The notes under the pieces are model-generated. The model was not told the DNA's origin. It saw nothing but the letters and a program-made list of their open reading frames with translations, and searched no databases. Source: Raillietiella orientalis (taxonomy: Eukaryota). Taken from it: 64,000 nt of DNA. The stretch spans positions 3,906,001-3,970,000 of the forward strand of contig JAYWIR010000013.1 in assembly GCA_036172245.1 (NCBI GenBank), read 5' to 3'. The position numbers and the translations under genes are program-made. Shown one piece after another: positions 51,581 through 64,000 of the stretch. Each line of letters starts with the position of its first letter. Position 1 is the first letter of the stretch.

Positions 51581-52747
51581 CCTGCTGCCCCCGTGAGCCT
51601 GCGAGATGATGATGATGAGCGCCACGTGTCTTCGAGATAGTCAGCGGCTGTACCACTGGCCATCGCGAAGACGAACGGAGAGTGTCTGAGGGTGGAGAAA
51701 AAAAAAAAAAATCCGCGACGGGTCGGCCGCCGGACCAGCACGTGATGCAGCAGCTGTTAGCTGCAGGCCTCTTGCATCATGGTTGCTAATTGAGATAAAT
51801 GGACCTGGAAGAGAGACCGGCCGCCGCCGGTCGAAAGAGATGTAAGGAGAGAGGGGCGGCCGCCTCCGCCGTTCCCCTTTCTTTCCAGGCAGAGACTTGA
51901 AGGAGCTGGTTGCTACGCGACGTTCCCCCCCCCCCATCTCTCCCTTAGAGAAACGTGGCTGCGGAGGATCGGCTACGGAGGCGCCCGTCGGTCCCCTGGC
52001 GAACCCGCCGAAAGCGTGGCGGCGGCAGCGGTCCCTCGCAATGGAGGGCGGGGGAGTCTCTCCGCCCCGCTCGAGGGGATGCGGGAAAGCTGCTGCGCGT
52101 CTTTGGGGAGGGAAGAAAAAACGGCGCGTGCTTTCGCGCGCTCCGAGATCATTCCGTGATTACCCGCTGGGATGAATGACACCTGGCGGAGCCACTCTTC
52201 GAGGAGCGATCAATCACGGGACCAGCGGCTCCTGGCGCGTGGGGAAGCTGCCTCGCCCGGAGCCCGAGGAGAGGAGATGGAAGCTACTGAAGACAGAGCT
52301 CCCCCTGGACCCTATAGCTCCCACCGTCGTCGTCTCTGGCGTTCGCAGCGGCGGCACCTTCCTCCTCCTCTGACTCCATCCTCCGTCTCTTCGTCTCCGA
52401 GTCGTCCCCTCCCCCCTTCCAGAAATCCGAGGCGGCCCCAAAGGGTTCACTCAACTAGGGTGGGAGAGAGAGAGGGAGGGAGGAACAGAAGGAATGCCTT
52501 GCTTCGCCCGATGTGGTTTCCTTGCCGAAGGCGATCCGTTCGGATCGCCTTCGGCCAGATGTGGATGCTGCTCCAGACCAGCGATGCGAGGGATGGCTGG
52601 AGTCCCGGGTCCACCTCGAAAAAAGTGATGTGGTTAAAATAAAAGGAAAAAAAGAGAAAAAACGAAGGAGAGGGACGGAGAGGAAAGGAAGAGGGAAGAG
52701 GAGGAGAAAGTGGAAGCGGAAGGGAAGAGGAGAAGGAAGGGAGAGAG

Positions 52748-52776
52748 ACGAACCATTGGTTCGTTTCCATGGAAAC
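52748..52776. promoter_or_regulatory. Perfect RFX X-box palindrome fused to a second palindrome containing ATTGG
   Basis: GTTTCCATGGAAAC (52763-52776) fits GTTNCCATGGNAAC; ACGAACCA-T-TGGTTCGT spans 52748-52764. Confidence 0.5.
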
Positions 52777-52979
52777 CGACGGCAGCCACACACCGCGCGC
52801 TACCGTTTCTCTCCCTTACACGCGCCTGCGACACGGCTCTTCTCGCGTGGCCCGAGCGCAGCTTCCCTCGAGCTCATGCGTCCGCCGCATCTCTGACGAG
52901 AGCGGTGGATGCGATAACGCGTCGGTTTCCCCCTCGCCCGCAGTCTCCGGAGAGTCGATAATCTTCCCGCGCACCCTTG

Positions 52980-55225
52980 AGATTCCAGAAAGATGCCACC
53001 TTGCTCTTCCCCACCCTCCTCCCCAAGATTCCTGATCCCCCGTTTCCTCTTCCGACTTAGCTCCGCCGGGGGAAAAACCCGTCGCGGAGGCGGACCTCAT
53101 CCAGGCAGACCCTAGAGAAAGAGCGCGTGACCTCGCATGATCGTGACATACCGCTCCTTCTCCCCTCATCCCTCCGTGTGGGTGCAGATTCCTTCCACTA
53201 TCCCCTTCCTCCCTGACACGAGAGAGGAGAAAGAAGGGGTGGAGGAAACCTCATCCCTCCATCCCACCTCCGCCCTCGGAGGATGATGCCTGTCGACCTG
53301 CCAGCTCACCCGAGCAAACGCGTCCCAAGGAACAGGAGGAAGGCGAGGAAGGACGAGGAGAAGCAGAAAGGCCGCTCCCCTTTCTCCCTCGGAGCACGTA
53401 AGCAGGAACTTCAGAAGGGAGAGGCTGCGAACTGCAGAGGCTGGGAGAGCTTCATAGCACCTATGAATCTTCCCCTTCCTCCTCCATTCTGGGAGGGCAG
53501 GGAAGGGGATCTGCTTTGGAGCCGCGTCTGCAGTCAGAGGCCACATGTGGAGATTTTCTGCCCCCTACCCTCCGAGCTGCCTCTTCCTACACCCTGTCCT
53601 GTTCATGGGGCACTGGAACTTCCCTCAAAACAAGGACCCTCGCTCCCACGCGGGAAGGAGGAGGACCTCCAAGGAACGTGCCCGCTTGGGGGAGTGGGGG
53701 AAACCCTGACTCCCTTCACATGACCAGAATGCTCTGCAGGCATCTCGGGAGCAGTCCGGCGGCGATGACGCTCCATAAGGACCTTCTTCGGGCAATGTTC
53801 CCCCTCCCCCCCCCAAGCTTATCGGCCTCTCCCTTGCTGGAGACACGACTCCACGCGCGAGATTGAGGGAAACGTCCGGGTGGGGCTGCCCTGTCGCACC
53901 GGACAGCTGTACGGGACAGTCGTCGCCTACTTGTTCAAGTTGGTCCAGTGCGGGATGGGAGGTTCAAAGGGAATCTTTGGACGTTTGCGATCAGACTGGC
54001 TCGGGAGCAGCGACATCGCCTTGCCCTTGACCTCCCTCGGCCCTCGGAAACCACGGTCATCACCGTCAGTCCGGTGCACCTCAATCCTTTCCAGCACCTC
54101 CACTCCCCTTGGCTCTGCCCTGAGGAAACTTCTGACCCTTTCGCTTCGGACCAGGGCATCCCAGACCCTTCCTTTATCGTCATGCCAACGTCAGGGTCGC
54201 TCGCATCTAGGTCAAACGCTGTTCCTCGACAAAATCATGCTCGCAGTCTTCCATAACCATCCCGCAGGAAGATGTCCTACAGCACTGGAAGGAATCGACC
54301 CGCCTGGCCGCATCCGCACCGCCTGCCCCAAGGCAGCAACGGGACGGCAGGAGGAGTTTGCCTGCACCGCAACGGGGAGTGACCAGACCCCTTGACGGCT
54401 GGAGGACGAGCGCGAGGCGGGTGGTGGACGCTAGCTCCACCTCCCGCCCTCGGACGAGGGGTCTTTTCTGGTGGGAAGAACTCGTGGTCCCTGCGTGCGG
54501 ACGGCTTCGGTGCTGCCCCTTCGACGGCGGGGGGGGGTCTGAGACGAGGCCTTTCCTGCGCTGGGGTCTCCCGTGCGAACGGCGACCCGGTTTTCCTTTT
54601 CCTGGGGGCAAGCGCACCTCCGAGCTGCTTCAGGTGCAGAACGATCGAGTGTTTCCCTCTCCTTCGGGGCTGGATCGAGGCGGAGGAGGTTGACACCAGA
54701 GCTCCCGCATCCGGAGAACACAGCCAGGGGCTTGCTGCAGCGATTCCTCGTACGAGAAGTGCTTTCCCCACGGGAGCAGGGGGATGGGGGAGGGGTGAGC
54801 GGGTGGTGGCAACGTCTTGTTGCATCCCCTCCATCTCCACTGCCCTCCATGTGCTGGGGTGTCGCGCACTGCGGTGGGAAGTTACCACTATGGCGGTCGC
54901 CAACGCGAGGTTGGCGGCGAGCAAGTTGTGAGGGAGCCCGTGGTCATTCTGTCCCGCTTCTGGGGAAGAAAGTGCAGCGCCACCTACCGAAGACCTCGTT
55001 ACCCTATCCTATTTTTTTCGTTTTTATTTGTTTATTGCCACCTCCCTCCTGGTTCGGACTTTCTCGGTGACCGACCTGCGTGTCGGTGGTCACTCCCTAT
55101 GAACTTTTCGGTTCCCTTGGGAACTCGGTTCCCAGTTTGTTTGTTTATTGCTTTCATTTAATGAGCGCCTCGGAGTGAGCTTCTCATTCCGGTCGGCAGA
55201 GCCATTTATTTAAAATGAAAAAAAG
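52980..55225 (+). mobile_element. Decayed L1/Tx1-like ORF2 (end of RT to C-terminus) and structured 3' UTR, copy D
   Basis: SEDD (~ADD), SWGTGTSLKTRTLAPTREGGG (~W......L..P..EGG), SCFRCRTIEC; T-rich tract, three hairpins and a short A-rich end at ~55212-55224. Confidence 0.5.
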
Positions 55226-55229
55226 TCAA

Positions 55230-55850
55230 ATTACATGGTCATGGGCAGAGGAAGGGCCGACATGCGCGGGCCCGAACCCAAAGGGAATACCTTCTCAGGG
55301 GACTATGGAGGGGTGGAGGAAGGAGAGAGAGAGAGACAGTGAATAAACAAGGAACGGGACGAGCGGGCCTCACAGTATTCCTCTGAATTTCAGGGAGCCA
55401 GCGTCCGGCAGGGAAAGGACGGAAGGGAGTTGGTGTGTCCGCCGGATTTGGGTGCGTCTGCCTCCAAGAGTTCGCAGTTTTCCTTGGGCCATTCCATCCC
55501 TCCCCTCATTCTCCGGGAGGTCGGTCGCATTTTTTCTCCCTAGATCTTGAGGGGGTCATGGTGGCTCGTACGTGGCAGGGCACCTTCGGCGACTAGGAGG
55601 CAGGTAAGCCAGGAGACGCGGACATCTCTCCAAAGAAGTCTTCTGGGGCGGTATCGTGGAACAACCTAAGTCCTTCGGCGATGCGTTCTCCATCCCGGAT
55701 CCCGACGGCCTCCTGCATTTCAGCGGTGCGTGCAGAGAGCTTCCACTGTCCCCCAGGGAAGGGAGAAATGAAAGCATTCCTTGGTACGCTCCATTCTGAG
55801 GCGCGGGCGCGTTCCTCGTTTCGGGGGAGTGCCCAATGCACCATCTTGCT
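55230..55850 (-). mobile_element. Decayed L1/Tx1-like 3' fragment, copy E, tail-to-tail with copy D
   Basis: VHWALPRNEER (~H.ALP.N), TKECFHF, MEWAQGKLRT (cf. IHWARIFLRT in copy C); pyrimidine-rich UTR with a related motif. Confidence 0.4.
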
Positions 55851-56019
55851 GGTGCAACTGCCGCGAAGGGAGCAAGGAGGTGTGCATAAATATGGACGCA
55901 TTCCAGAGTGAGAACATCTCGAAATCGGCACTGGTGGATAGCTCGAATCTTGAGATGCACACGGGGGCTGCTCGCATGGGTCTCCATGCTGCAGAACTCC
56001 TTCACCCGGTCACTCCAAA

Positions 56020-56730
56020 CTGCCTATTTTATAAAAACAAGCCAATGGGAGCACGCTGGTTCTCGAGCGAAGACAAAAGAAGTTCAGGGGGAGGGTCTGC
56101 TGACACGCGGCTCGGGATATCCAAAAGTCCGGAATGGGAGAAGGGAGGAGGAACAACAACAACAAATTGAGGGAATCAAGGAGTATGGGGTAAGGGTCTT
56201 TGGGTTGGCACCGTATAAACCTGGATGAATATACAAAAACCGTGGAAGTTACGGAGCGAAAAGTAGTGGGGAATGACAGGAAAAAAAAGCAGAAAAGAAT
56301 AAATAACGGGAGGCTGGGGATGAAGGCAAATTCTTCCTCCATTTCAAAACCAGCGATAGATGCCGGCAATCACCTTCTTCACTTCCTCTTGCAGTGTGGT
56401 CACCTTGCCGCCGTTCTCCTGTAAGCAGCTGCCATCCCTATGACCTCCCTTCGCTGCGCCGTCGTCCTGAGCACATGGCAGACCGTGACGATGGCACAGA
56501 TGCAACCCCACGGTTGTGACCACTGCGCCTGCCGAGGGTCCTCCCGGGCCGAAGAACCGTCTTAGCAAGTCTCCGGCCGTGTCCTCCTGGTGCAGAAACA
56601 CCAGCCTCCCCCACAGTCCCTGGAGGGCGCTGCAGTCCAAAAGTCTTGCTGCAGAAGAAGGTCGTTTTGCGTGGGCGGGTTCCCGTGCGCATTTGCAGTC
56701 CTCGAAGGGACGTAACAGCGACGGAGGAAT
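56020..56730 (-). mobile_element. Decayed L1/Tx1-like 3' fragment, copy F
   Basis: RLLDCSALQGLWGRL (cf. HLLVDCVALRPFW in copy B); the 3' UTR shares CGGACTTT...GCGTGTC...CTCCC..TGAACTT with copy D. Confidence 0.55.
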
Positions 56731-57399
56731 ATGACAGTACTTTTCAATTTCTACACTTTCTATCACCGCCATGATGCACAAGATGATACCCCAGAAGATC
56801 CCATGCGAGAACAGTGAAGCTTTTGCTCAAGAGAAGAGCAAGCATTCCGTTCGTTTAACGTCCTGTACCGGATCTCTCATCGCCTTCTAGCACTTCTGGC
56901 ACCAACCTCAGCCAATGAGGTTACGACCAGGAGTCCGACCATTTGGGGTTCGAACCGGAGGAGGTTCCCAAAATGCAGCAAGATCTGAAGTCAGTGGCAC
57001 CGCTGCCGAATGTCATCATCGCGATATGCCTTTTCACTCGGCCACGCCGAGGTCATCCAGATCTCAGCGTGAGGACGCCATGCGTCCGCTGATTCATGGT
57101 TCAGATCAGGAAGAAGAGGACGCTCCTGCAGTCCGTGTCTCCTGGTCACCAGGCCCATTGGACAGTGGGAAACCTCTCGTCTAGCGACCGAAACTCCCAA
57201 AGTGGTCTCTGAAGATGAGCAGAATAGCTGGCGCTTCCGCGGGAGAACTTCGAGATACCGATCTTAGTTGATGCCTCGTCCTCCCTCTTCTGTACCAGAA
57301 GACCACTGCGTGCATTGGAAGTGATGGGGAAAACAAAAAAATCGACCCTGCCAACAGATCGGATGTGCAGGAGACTTGCACGGAATTAACGGAAGGACG

Positions 57400-59780
57400 A
57401 AACGAATCATCACGAGTGCTGAGGACGCGCACTCTGGGATCCCGACAAGTGAATTGGAACGGCACCTTGTTGCCAGGTTGCTGGAGGCCGTGTTTGAAGA
57501 GCCGCGTACTTGCACGGCACGGAATGGGAGCGGGAGGATGCGCTTATCTTCCCACTAGATCTCACGCCGTATACCCGAAATGGGGTGAAGGCGATTTTTC
57601 GGAGCTCAGAAGTCGCTTCCCGGAAACGGGCAGCATCTCACATGCCGGATGAAAAGGGCGTGTTGATCCAGAGCTGAGCTGCTGGTAATGGCCTTCATAG
57701 CCATCTCTTTTGACAGCTCGTGTTGATGGGAAAATCCCACCATCATCCCTTTCCCCGGATCTTCAGATGAAACAGGACAAAGTCGGCTGCTAGAGGCCAG
57801 CATCTATGGGAGATTGAGCTCAGAGACCCTATTGGGTCTGCTACTCAGGCTTAGAGACTGGACAAATGGCAACGGAGAGAAGGTGATTCCTCCCACTCGA
57901 TGGAACCTTTGGGCGAAACTTAGTTCCACAAACCACCCTAGTTAGATCTAGACAGAGATTCGAAGATTTGAGAGCAACGAATGCTGCGAGGCCGGACGCG
58001 TTACAAGACCTACAAGGATTCGCAGTGAGACGGAGTACGGGTGCCCTCAGAGCCTCGTTGTTGTTCAGCAGTGTGTTGCTACAAAAATCACGGGTGCAGA
58101 GCCACCCCATATAAGGGATCTGACTGAGACCATCTGAGAAGTCCCGCAGAGGTTTCTCTTTTTTCTGCTCCCTCTGTGTCTCTAGAATGAGGGAATCCAT
58201 CGTCGAAACGGAGCTCACTTCTTGCGCACGTAGCTGGCCTCTCCCTGATCTCCGACTCCCGAGGAAAGCTACAAGAATACCACGAGGAGCTGTGCAGGAA
58301 GATGCAAACCCGTGGAAGAGCGCCATCCTCCATTACGGAGCGGATGCCCTTTGGGTGCAACGGTCAAGCGTCCTGGATAAACCGAACTCGAAATGGATGT
58401 ACACGAAAGATTCCAGGAGCGCCAGTACCTTACCAGGATGCCGAGGACCTGCTAGGGAGTCATTCTTCCAAGAAACACACGGTTGCCAAGGTAAAGACTC
58501 TGATGAACGATACTTCCTGCGCCCACTGGCGAACTCCACCCACTACAGCAAAAGCTTTCCTTTATCCAGGACTGCTCCATCTCCAACGTAGCCTGATGTC
58601 CTTCTCTAAAGGAACTGGTCATTCACAGACAGGCAGATTAGCTAAAATGGTCTAGAAACGTTCAAATCTCCCAAGCAAAGCCGAGAACTTGTAGGAAGAA
58701 CGTGCCAGGGGATGCTTGGCATTCAATAAGCTGCATGATCATGCAGACATTTTTTTTGGATAGCCCTTTAAGCTGCTCATGTTCCTTGACCTGTGTCGGC
58801 TGCCACTTGCAAGCGACCGCACCCTTTACGTACCTCGTCAATGACATCGCATGCCTTGCGGTGTGGGGATGTGGATGCTCGGCCCTGCTGAAGATCTTGG
58901 CATCCTCCAGCGAAGAAGCTGCAGGGGACTTCGTGCCCGGGAAAACGTGGGGTAAATATGCACGATTGTCCCGAGAAGTATCGAATGACCGGCGTTTGAC
59001 TAAGTGAGCCAGCGAAGGCCCACTGGCCCGTCACGGATGTAAAGCCCCACTTGATAGTTGAAGATGTTACTCTTCAGCTGGAAAGCAGGAATAGCATGAG
59101 GAGGAGGAAGAATGTGCACTCGCGCGTAGCCTTCCGCAACAAGGCAGAGGGAACCCTTTTCCAAAAGTATCCAGACCACGGTGCAAGCCATGTCCTGGGA
59201 CTTCTGCGCCGCGAACCATCTCACTTTCCATTTTCCGGAGACTGCTCCTATCGAGAGTTTAGGACTACAAACTCGTGCGTGCGCCTGACTGAACGTGCTG
59301 GTCACGAGAAGAGTAGCCAAGGCGAAGATCGGACAGCTGCTGGCGTATGGGATGAGACAAGACACTTTCAAAAGACTTTGACGCTCATCCGAAACCACTG
59401 CCAGAGGCATGCGCGTCTCTTGACACATCGTCATGGAGCGATCGACGACCACTCCCTAAAGGCAGCACACGGTGGGACCGGCGGTCTCTCGGTGGCGGAA
59501 AACGCCAGACGCGGGCTCGCGGCTGCGTCCCGATCCACGCCTCTCACGAAGAAAAGAGCGAGCGATGATTCCGGAAGTAAAATGTCCCTTCTCGAACACT
59601 CTGGAAGAGCGCAGACTGGATCGAGAGAGCGAGGAGATCGGATGTCTCAACATGGCAATCAGGGCGTCTTTTGAGAGGGTGACGTAGTTGCTACGCTACG
59701 CGTGATTCGAAGATGAACTGGCAGGTCGGCTTGCAGGAGGAGGAGGCTGATTCCGCGCAACAGGCCAAGTGACTTTGCTG
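57400..59780 (+). mobile_element. Decayed Gypsy LTR-retrotransposon pol (RT-RNaseH-integrase order)
   Basis: FEDLRATNAARP...RAS...SSVLLQ...HPI (~F..LK.....P.L...DAS..GLGAVLLQ), KWMYTKDSRSASTLP (~ADALSR), KPHLIVED (~YL.VVD), PDHG (~SDNG), LTERA, EGDVV. No LTRs identified. Confidence 0.55.
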
Positions 59781-60749
59781 CTTTCATTTCCTCGTCTTCA
59801 ATCCAATCCTTGTTTATATTCATGGAGCAAACCATCAGCCAGCTCGTCCCAGCGCTTGCATTGGTGACGGGTTCCATGTTTTGCAAAGGCGATATCAGAG
59901 CTGAATCTCTCTGCAGGGGAAAACTGAAGACCTTTCCTGGAAGCAGGCATCCCATCTTTGCTCCGATTTTTCCGATGAAGGTGACTTGCTTTATCCTCCG
60001 TTGGTACTTTCCGTGTTGGCACCTGGTTTCCGGGTTGCCTGGTCTCCCTGATCTTCAGAATCTGCAGAGAATAATAATGGAAGCCGCCAGCAGTTCAGAG
60101 GAGATTCGAATTCCAAGCAAAAACCCAGCGTCGTGCAAAACTTTGCGTTTCCAAGATTCGAACTCTCTTCGTGGAAAGACAAAAAGCGCTGTTAACTCGC
60201 CGTGGCCAATCACAATGCTCTGTTTTGAGATAACTGAAGACCTGCCCAGCAGACGGAAGGGGCGCCCGGGGTAAAACCGAAGTAGTTTGTAGCCCAAAAA
60301 AGTCGAGATAAAGGAAGTCAAGAACAAATCCTTCCGGATGTTCCACCGCTGCCAGACGAAAGCGCATTTAACGTTCTCTTCGAGTTCACGCCACAGAAGG
60401 AGCCTCTAAGGAAGCAGGTCACAAATTGGGTGCAAGAAAAAAGATGCTTTCCCAGAGAAGGCTCAGCCTCCATGAGAATGGGAAACCCTTTCTCCATCGG
60501 TTAAACTCGTGCGATCAAGGCAGACCGAACATCAAAAAAGAAAATCTGCAAATAGAAGAAATAGAAGGCAGTCAAGAAAATAAACAAACAGTAATAGAAG
60601 AGTCCTTGTCCAGATGGTAAAAATCGATTCTCGGAAATTCTCGGAAATCACAGAAAAATCACCTCGAAGAAAATCATCGATTCTCAGACATCACGCTGTT
60701 TTTTTTTTTCTGGAGCCAGAAAGCGGAGACAGAGAGTCACTATGGATCG

Positions 60750-61190
60750 TAGTGGACCAGTAGCTATCGGAACCTGCGCCACCGCAGTGACGCGCAACTG
60801 CCGATCAACACTGCTTCATAGTTCATGAAGGAAAAGGGAATGCCCTGAGGGGAAAACTTTCCTTCCTTATAGCCGAATTGATGCACTTCAAGGAGACAGA
60901 AATTACTGTGCATCCGAGATCCATGAGTCTGATAACCCGCCAGCCCCTTGAATTTGCCTCTTTTCAAAAAGCGATTGGGATGTGTACGAGTAGGTGAAAT
61001 CACTCACGAGCTTCTGGGAAATAGTCGGGCCTGTGAGGGAACCCCACCTACCCCTCATCTGAAGCAACCACCCGCTCTGAGCCGCGAGGAATACCTCTAA
61101 AGGATGCAGACTTCGTTTTGCCTTGAGGGCTGTGCACCCAATCTGGTCCTTTTGCATACTCCTCGCTTTCATTGCATTTACGCATGCGAA
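60750..61190 (-). mobile_element. Decayed CR1-like RT N-terminal fragment
   Basis: DQIGCTALK...PLEVFLAAQSG...W, SYTSQSLFEK, LLEVHQFGYKEGK (~QFGFR.G.S). Confidence 0.5.
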
Positions 61191-61379
61191 GCAGGCAGAA
61201 AGGCGCTATGGAAACGACCTAATGCCAAGGCTGCTTGCAGAAGTTGTCGCGCTTTTCTTCCAGTAAGCTCTCCATCAGAAGTCGCGTCTCCGAAAAACGG
61301 GGGCTGCCATTTCGTTTTTTTTTTTTTTTTTTTTAACACTTCTCTTGTTGGCAACGCTTTTGGAAATCAACCCCCACCA

Positions 61380-62950
61380 CTGCCGCCGCGCATTATTTCC
61401 AGAGAACCATGCAAGTGCTCCCGAATATTGACCAACTTACTCTTGGAGAGTTTCTCATTCGCCACAGCATGGCTCTGGTGGCCGCCCGAGATAACTCGCC
61501 TTGGTCGATGGTAAGTACCGATACGTCTTTCGAGGTGAACACGCACCGAAGGATGAAAGGTTTCCTGCACTCTGGTGGTTTGGCATTCCTGGACCTGTCT
61601 GGAGCAGGCAGCGTCTCACTCGATGCCACCCTTCCCAATTCTTCGTCCATCGTCTGTTCCCACTAATTACTGGAAATGAAAAATAAATTGCCATTCAGAT
61701 AAAGATGCCGCTTCAACAGGGAGGAAACGTTAGCCGACGGCCGCATCCTACGGAGCATGCGCGAGGGAGGACAACTTTCGTTGTTTTGCACGAACGTGTG
61801 TTTGGCCCGAATCCAGAAGTCCATGGCCAGTATCGCTTCCCAGTAGAAAATTCCACCTGCACAGGATCGAGGAGAACGGTGTTCCCTGTGCTCGGTGTCC
61901 GGTCCTCGAGAGAACTGTGCAGATTCTGGAGAGTTCCACAAGCGGGTTCCGACGGTTCAACAAGTTCCACTACCCTGGCTTCTCTGACTGTGCACTGCAA
62001 ACGGGGCAGTCGCTCCAGGCCTCGAGGTCACAGCCAAGGAGGGAAGCTGCCACGAGCTGCCTAAAGGGTCGGGCAGAGTAGTCGCCTGTGTCCACGGGGG
62101 AGCCCTTGCAAACTTCCGGCACGAAGCATTTCGTTTCCCGTGCTCGGAAACCTCCGGTCCTTTCTCCTCCTCCCAGCTTCGTGATTCTGGCTAAAGTGCT
62201 CGAGCGACTGTTCACGGGTCGGGGTGACAGAGATTTCGGAAAGAAGAAGAAGAAGAAAAAAAAATCGTCATCTCCTCTTCACCAAATGCCCGGAGAATTC
62301 CGTTCGGATCCACCCGGTCAGGTCCACTTGAGGAAGGAGGAATGGAAATCCAGAGGTTTTTCGCTTCAGGACGCCGCGTTCGAGAAGAATGGAACGCATT
62401 CTTTCGTGGCCGAGCCTCAGTTCTCGAGCTCCATGGCAACTCTCATGCCTTCCCCAGCGCAGTGTGAAAGAATCTGGGTGTTCTCCTGATGAGTGATACA
62501 AAGGGTATAAATCTGTTCAGAGGTCAAACATGCAAGCCGAGCTAATGAACAACAGCACCGCGAAGGACAAGCGGTTCATCTTTCTGAAAAATGAGTAATT
62601 AAGCACATGTTGTGCACGGTTGCCCGCTGCTCTTGCATCAGGTCTGCCCATGGTGGTAGCCCGGCGCACTTTGCGCTCAACATGTCGCCACGGAGCAGGC
62701 ATCCCTTTCGAGCACGTCAGCACTCGCATACCGCCCAAGGTTTTCTTTTTTGGCACGGAAGAAACGCAGTGGGCAGAGAAGAACCCCAACTCGCTGCTCC
62801 GAAGGATCGGAAACTCGACTGCATCCACTGGGCTCCGTGGTTTGTGGTCAGCACTTTCCAAGGAGTGCTGGGCTCAAGCACCCAGACTAGCAAGATGAAA
62901 AGGCGGATGCGCGCGTTCCCTTCGCCGCTTCCTTTCAGCAAGGACTCCTT
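61380..62950 (+). mobile_element. Decayed L2/CR1-like RT and post-RT region
   Basis: STDTS...LAFLDLSGAG (~ST.TA...FLDLS.AFD), GRTTFVVL...VHG, then KNLGVLL. Confidence 0.58.
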
Positions 62951-64000
62951 TCGTCGCCCGACGGTCGGCGATAAATATCGTGCGAATCGGTCAGCGCCAG
63001 CGAAAAGTCGACCTCTCGCGGCTGCTGCTACAAAGATGTTCGCGGCCTCGCGAAGCGAAGGATGAATTTGAGCCTTCCGTTTCCGTCGGAGCTGTGCCGC
63101 CGCCAAGTCTGGAGACGTCACTGGGCGCGACGTCCCGGCCATCCTTGATGACTCCGCATTTCATCCGACAAATTTCTCTGCGTTCCGCTCGAGGATCCAC
63201 GCGTCGAAACGAAAAGACCCTTTCATGGGTAGTGTGCTCCCTACTCTTCCTATTCGTTCGTGGGGGGGAGCAAACGGTCTTGTGGTGTGCTGGTTGATTC
63301 ACAGCACCATCTCTTGCTGCCTTGAATATCTCGAATAGGATTAACGTAGATGCAGATCGCCATTAAAAACAAAGGGTTCGCGGATGTTGTGCGGGAGATG
63401 CTGCACTTCACATCCCTGCCAAAGTGCGCGCGGACCTCAGCCTGTCCGTCCCTTAAGGTGGCATCCTGGAGATTCAGGCGTTCCGACTGTCGATGGTCTG
63501 TTAGCAGCTCGGGCGTGGAAAAGCAACAGGCAGATGGACGGCCAGGAAAGCTTAGCTCGGTGCTTGTTTCCATGTCTTTGTGACAGCTGATTTTTTAAAG
63601 TGTGTGTGTGTTTTTGTGGTTTCCTTGTTCGACAGAACGTGTTCGTGTTCGTGCGCTCTCCTCAGCGCTGGCTTGAATTCAAAAGTCCGCAGCCGGAGTC
63701 GTTTTCCCGCAGGACATCCCCACCTGCGCCGTATCCATGCGAACGGCGTTCGTTACGCTCGGAAATATTCCTCGAGCGAGTGGCGGAACTTCTGGAAACG
63801 TCATCCGAGGAATTCGGCAAACGAATGGATCTCGGGCGAATCTTTCAAGCGACCGTCTCTGAAGAAACCCCCAGCTTCTTCGGGCTCCCATACGCATCGC
63901 GCGGAGGGCAAGCTGCATCATTCCGAACAGCCGTCGTGTAGTCTCTGCGTGAAGCCTTCCTCATTTGTGCGATCACAAAGAGGGCCCGTGGTTTCGCTGC

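Noticed and set aside
63250..63573. NPLFLMAIC as a NACHT-type motif
   Set aside because: Single short motif, with no Walker A/B or exon structure nearby.
1..64000. CRISPR arrays, rRNA genes, intact tRNA genes, prokaryotic operons
   Set aside because: No regularly spaced repeats, rRNA signatures or complete cloverleaf seen; the DNA is intron-containing and eukaryotic.

Overview
Eukaryotic (animal) genomic DNA, GC- and CpG-rich. A TCAGT initiator-type core promoter suggests an arthropod (inference). The only host protein-coding gene I can support is a minus-strand Krueppel-like factor of the KLF1/2/4 group with three C2H2 fingers. My model has an 18-nt first coding exon (MAEFQD, 40474-40457), a ~33.9-kb intron, exon 2 (6599-5516), a 240-nt in-frame intron inside zinc finger 2, and exon 3 (5275-5124), giving about 417 aa with long G/H/P/A tracts. 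The big intron and the upstream region contain many decayed retroelements, recognised by eye from broken motifs: CR1/L2/Jockey-type LINEs, a NeSL/Utopia-type RLE element, Gypsy pol remnants and a possible MULE. Between ~45.7 and 56.8 kb lies a dense cluster of L1/Tx1-like fragments in both orientations. Their 3' UTRs share conserved hairpin modules, one with an apparent compensatory base change; this is the best candidate here for an undescribed element. Most ORFs in the supplied track are GC-content artefacts. No database search was possible, so TE family calls are motif-based and TE boundaries are approximate.
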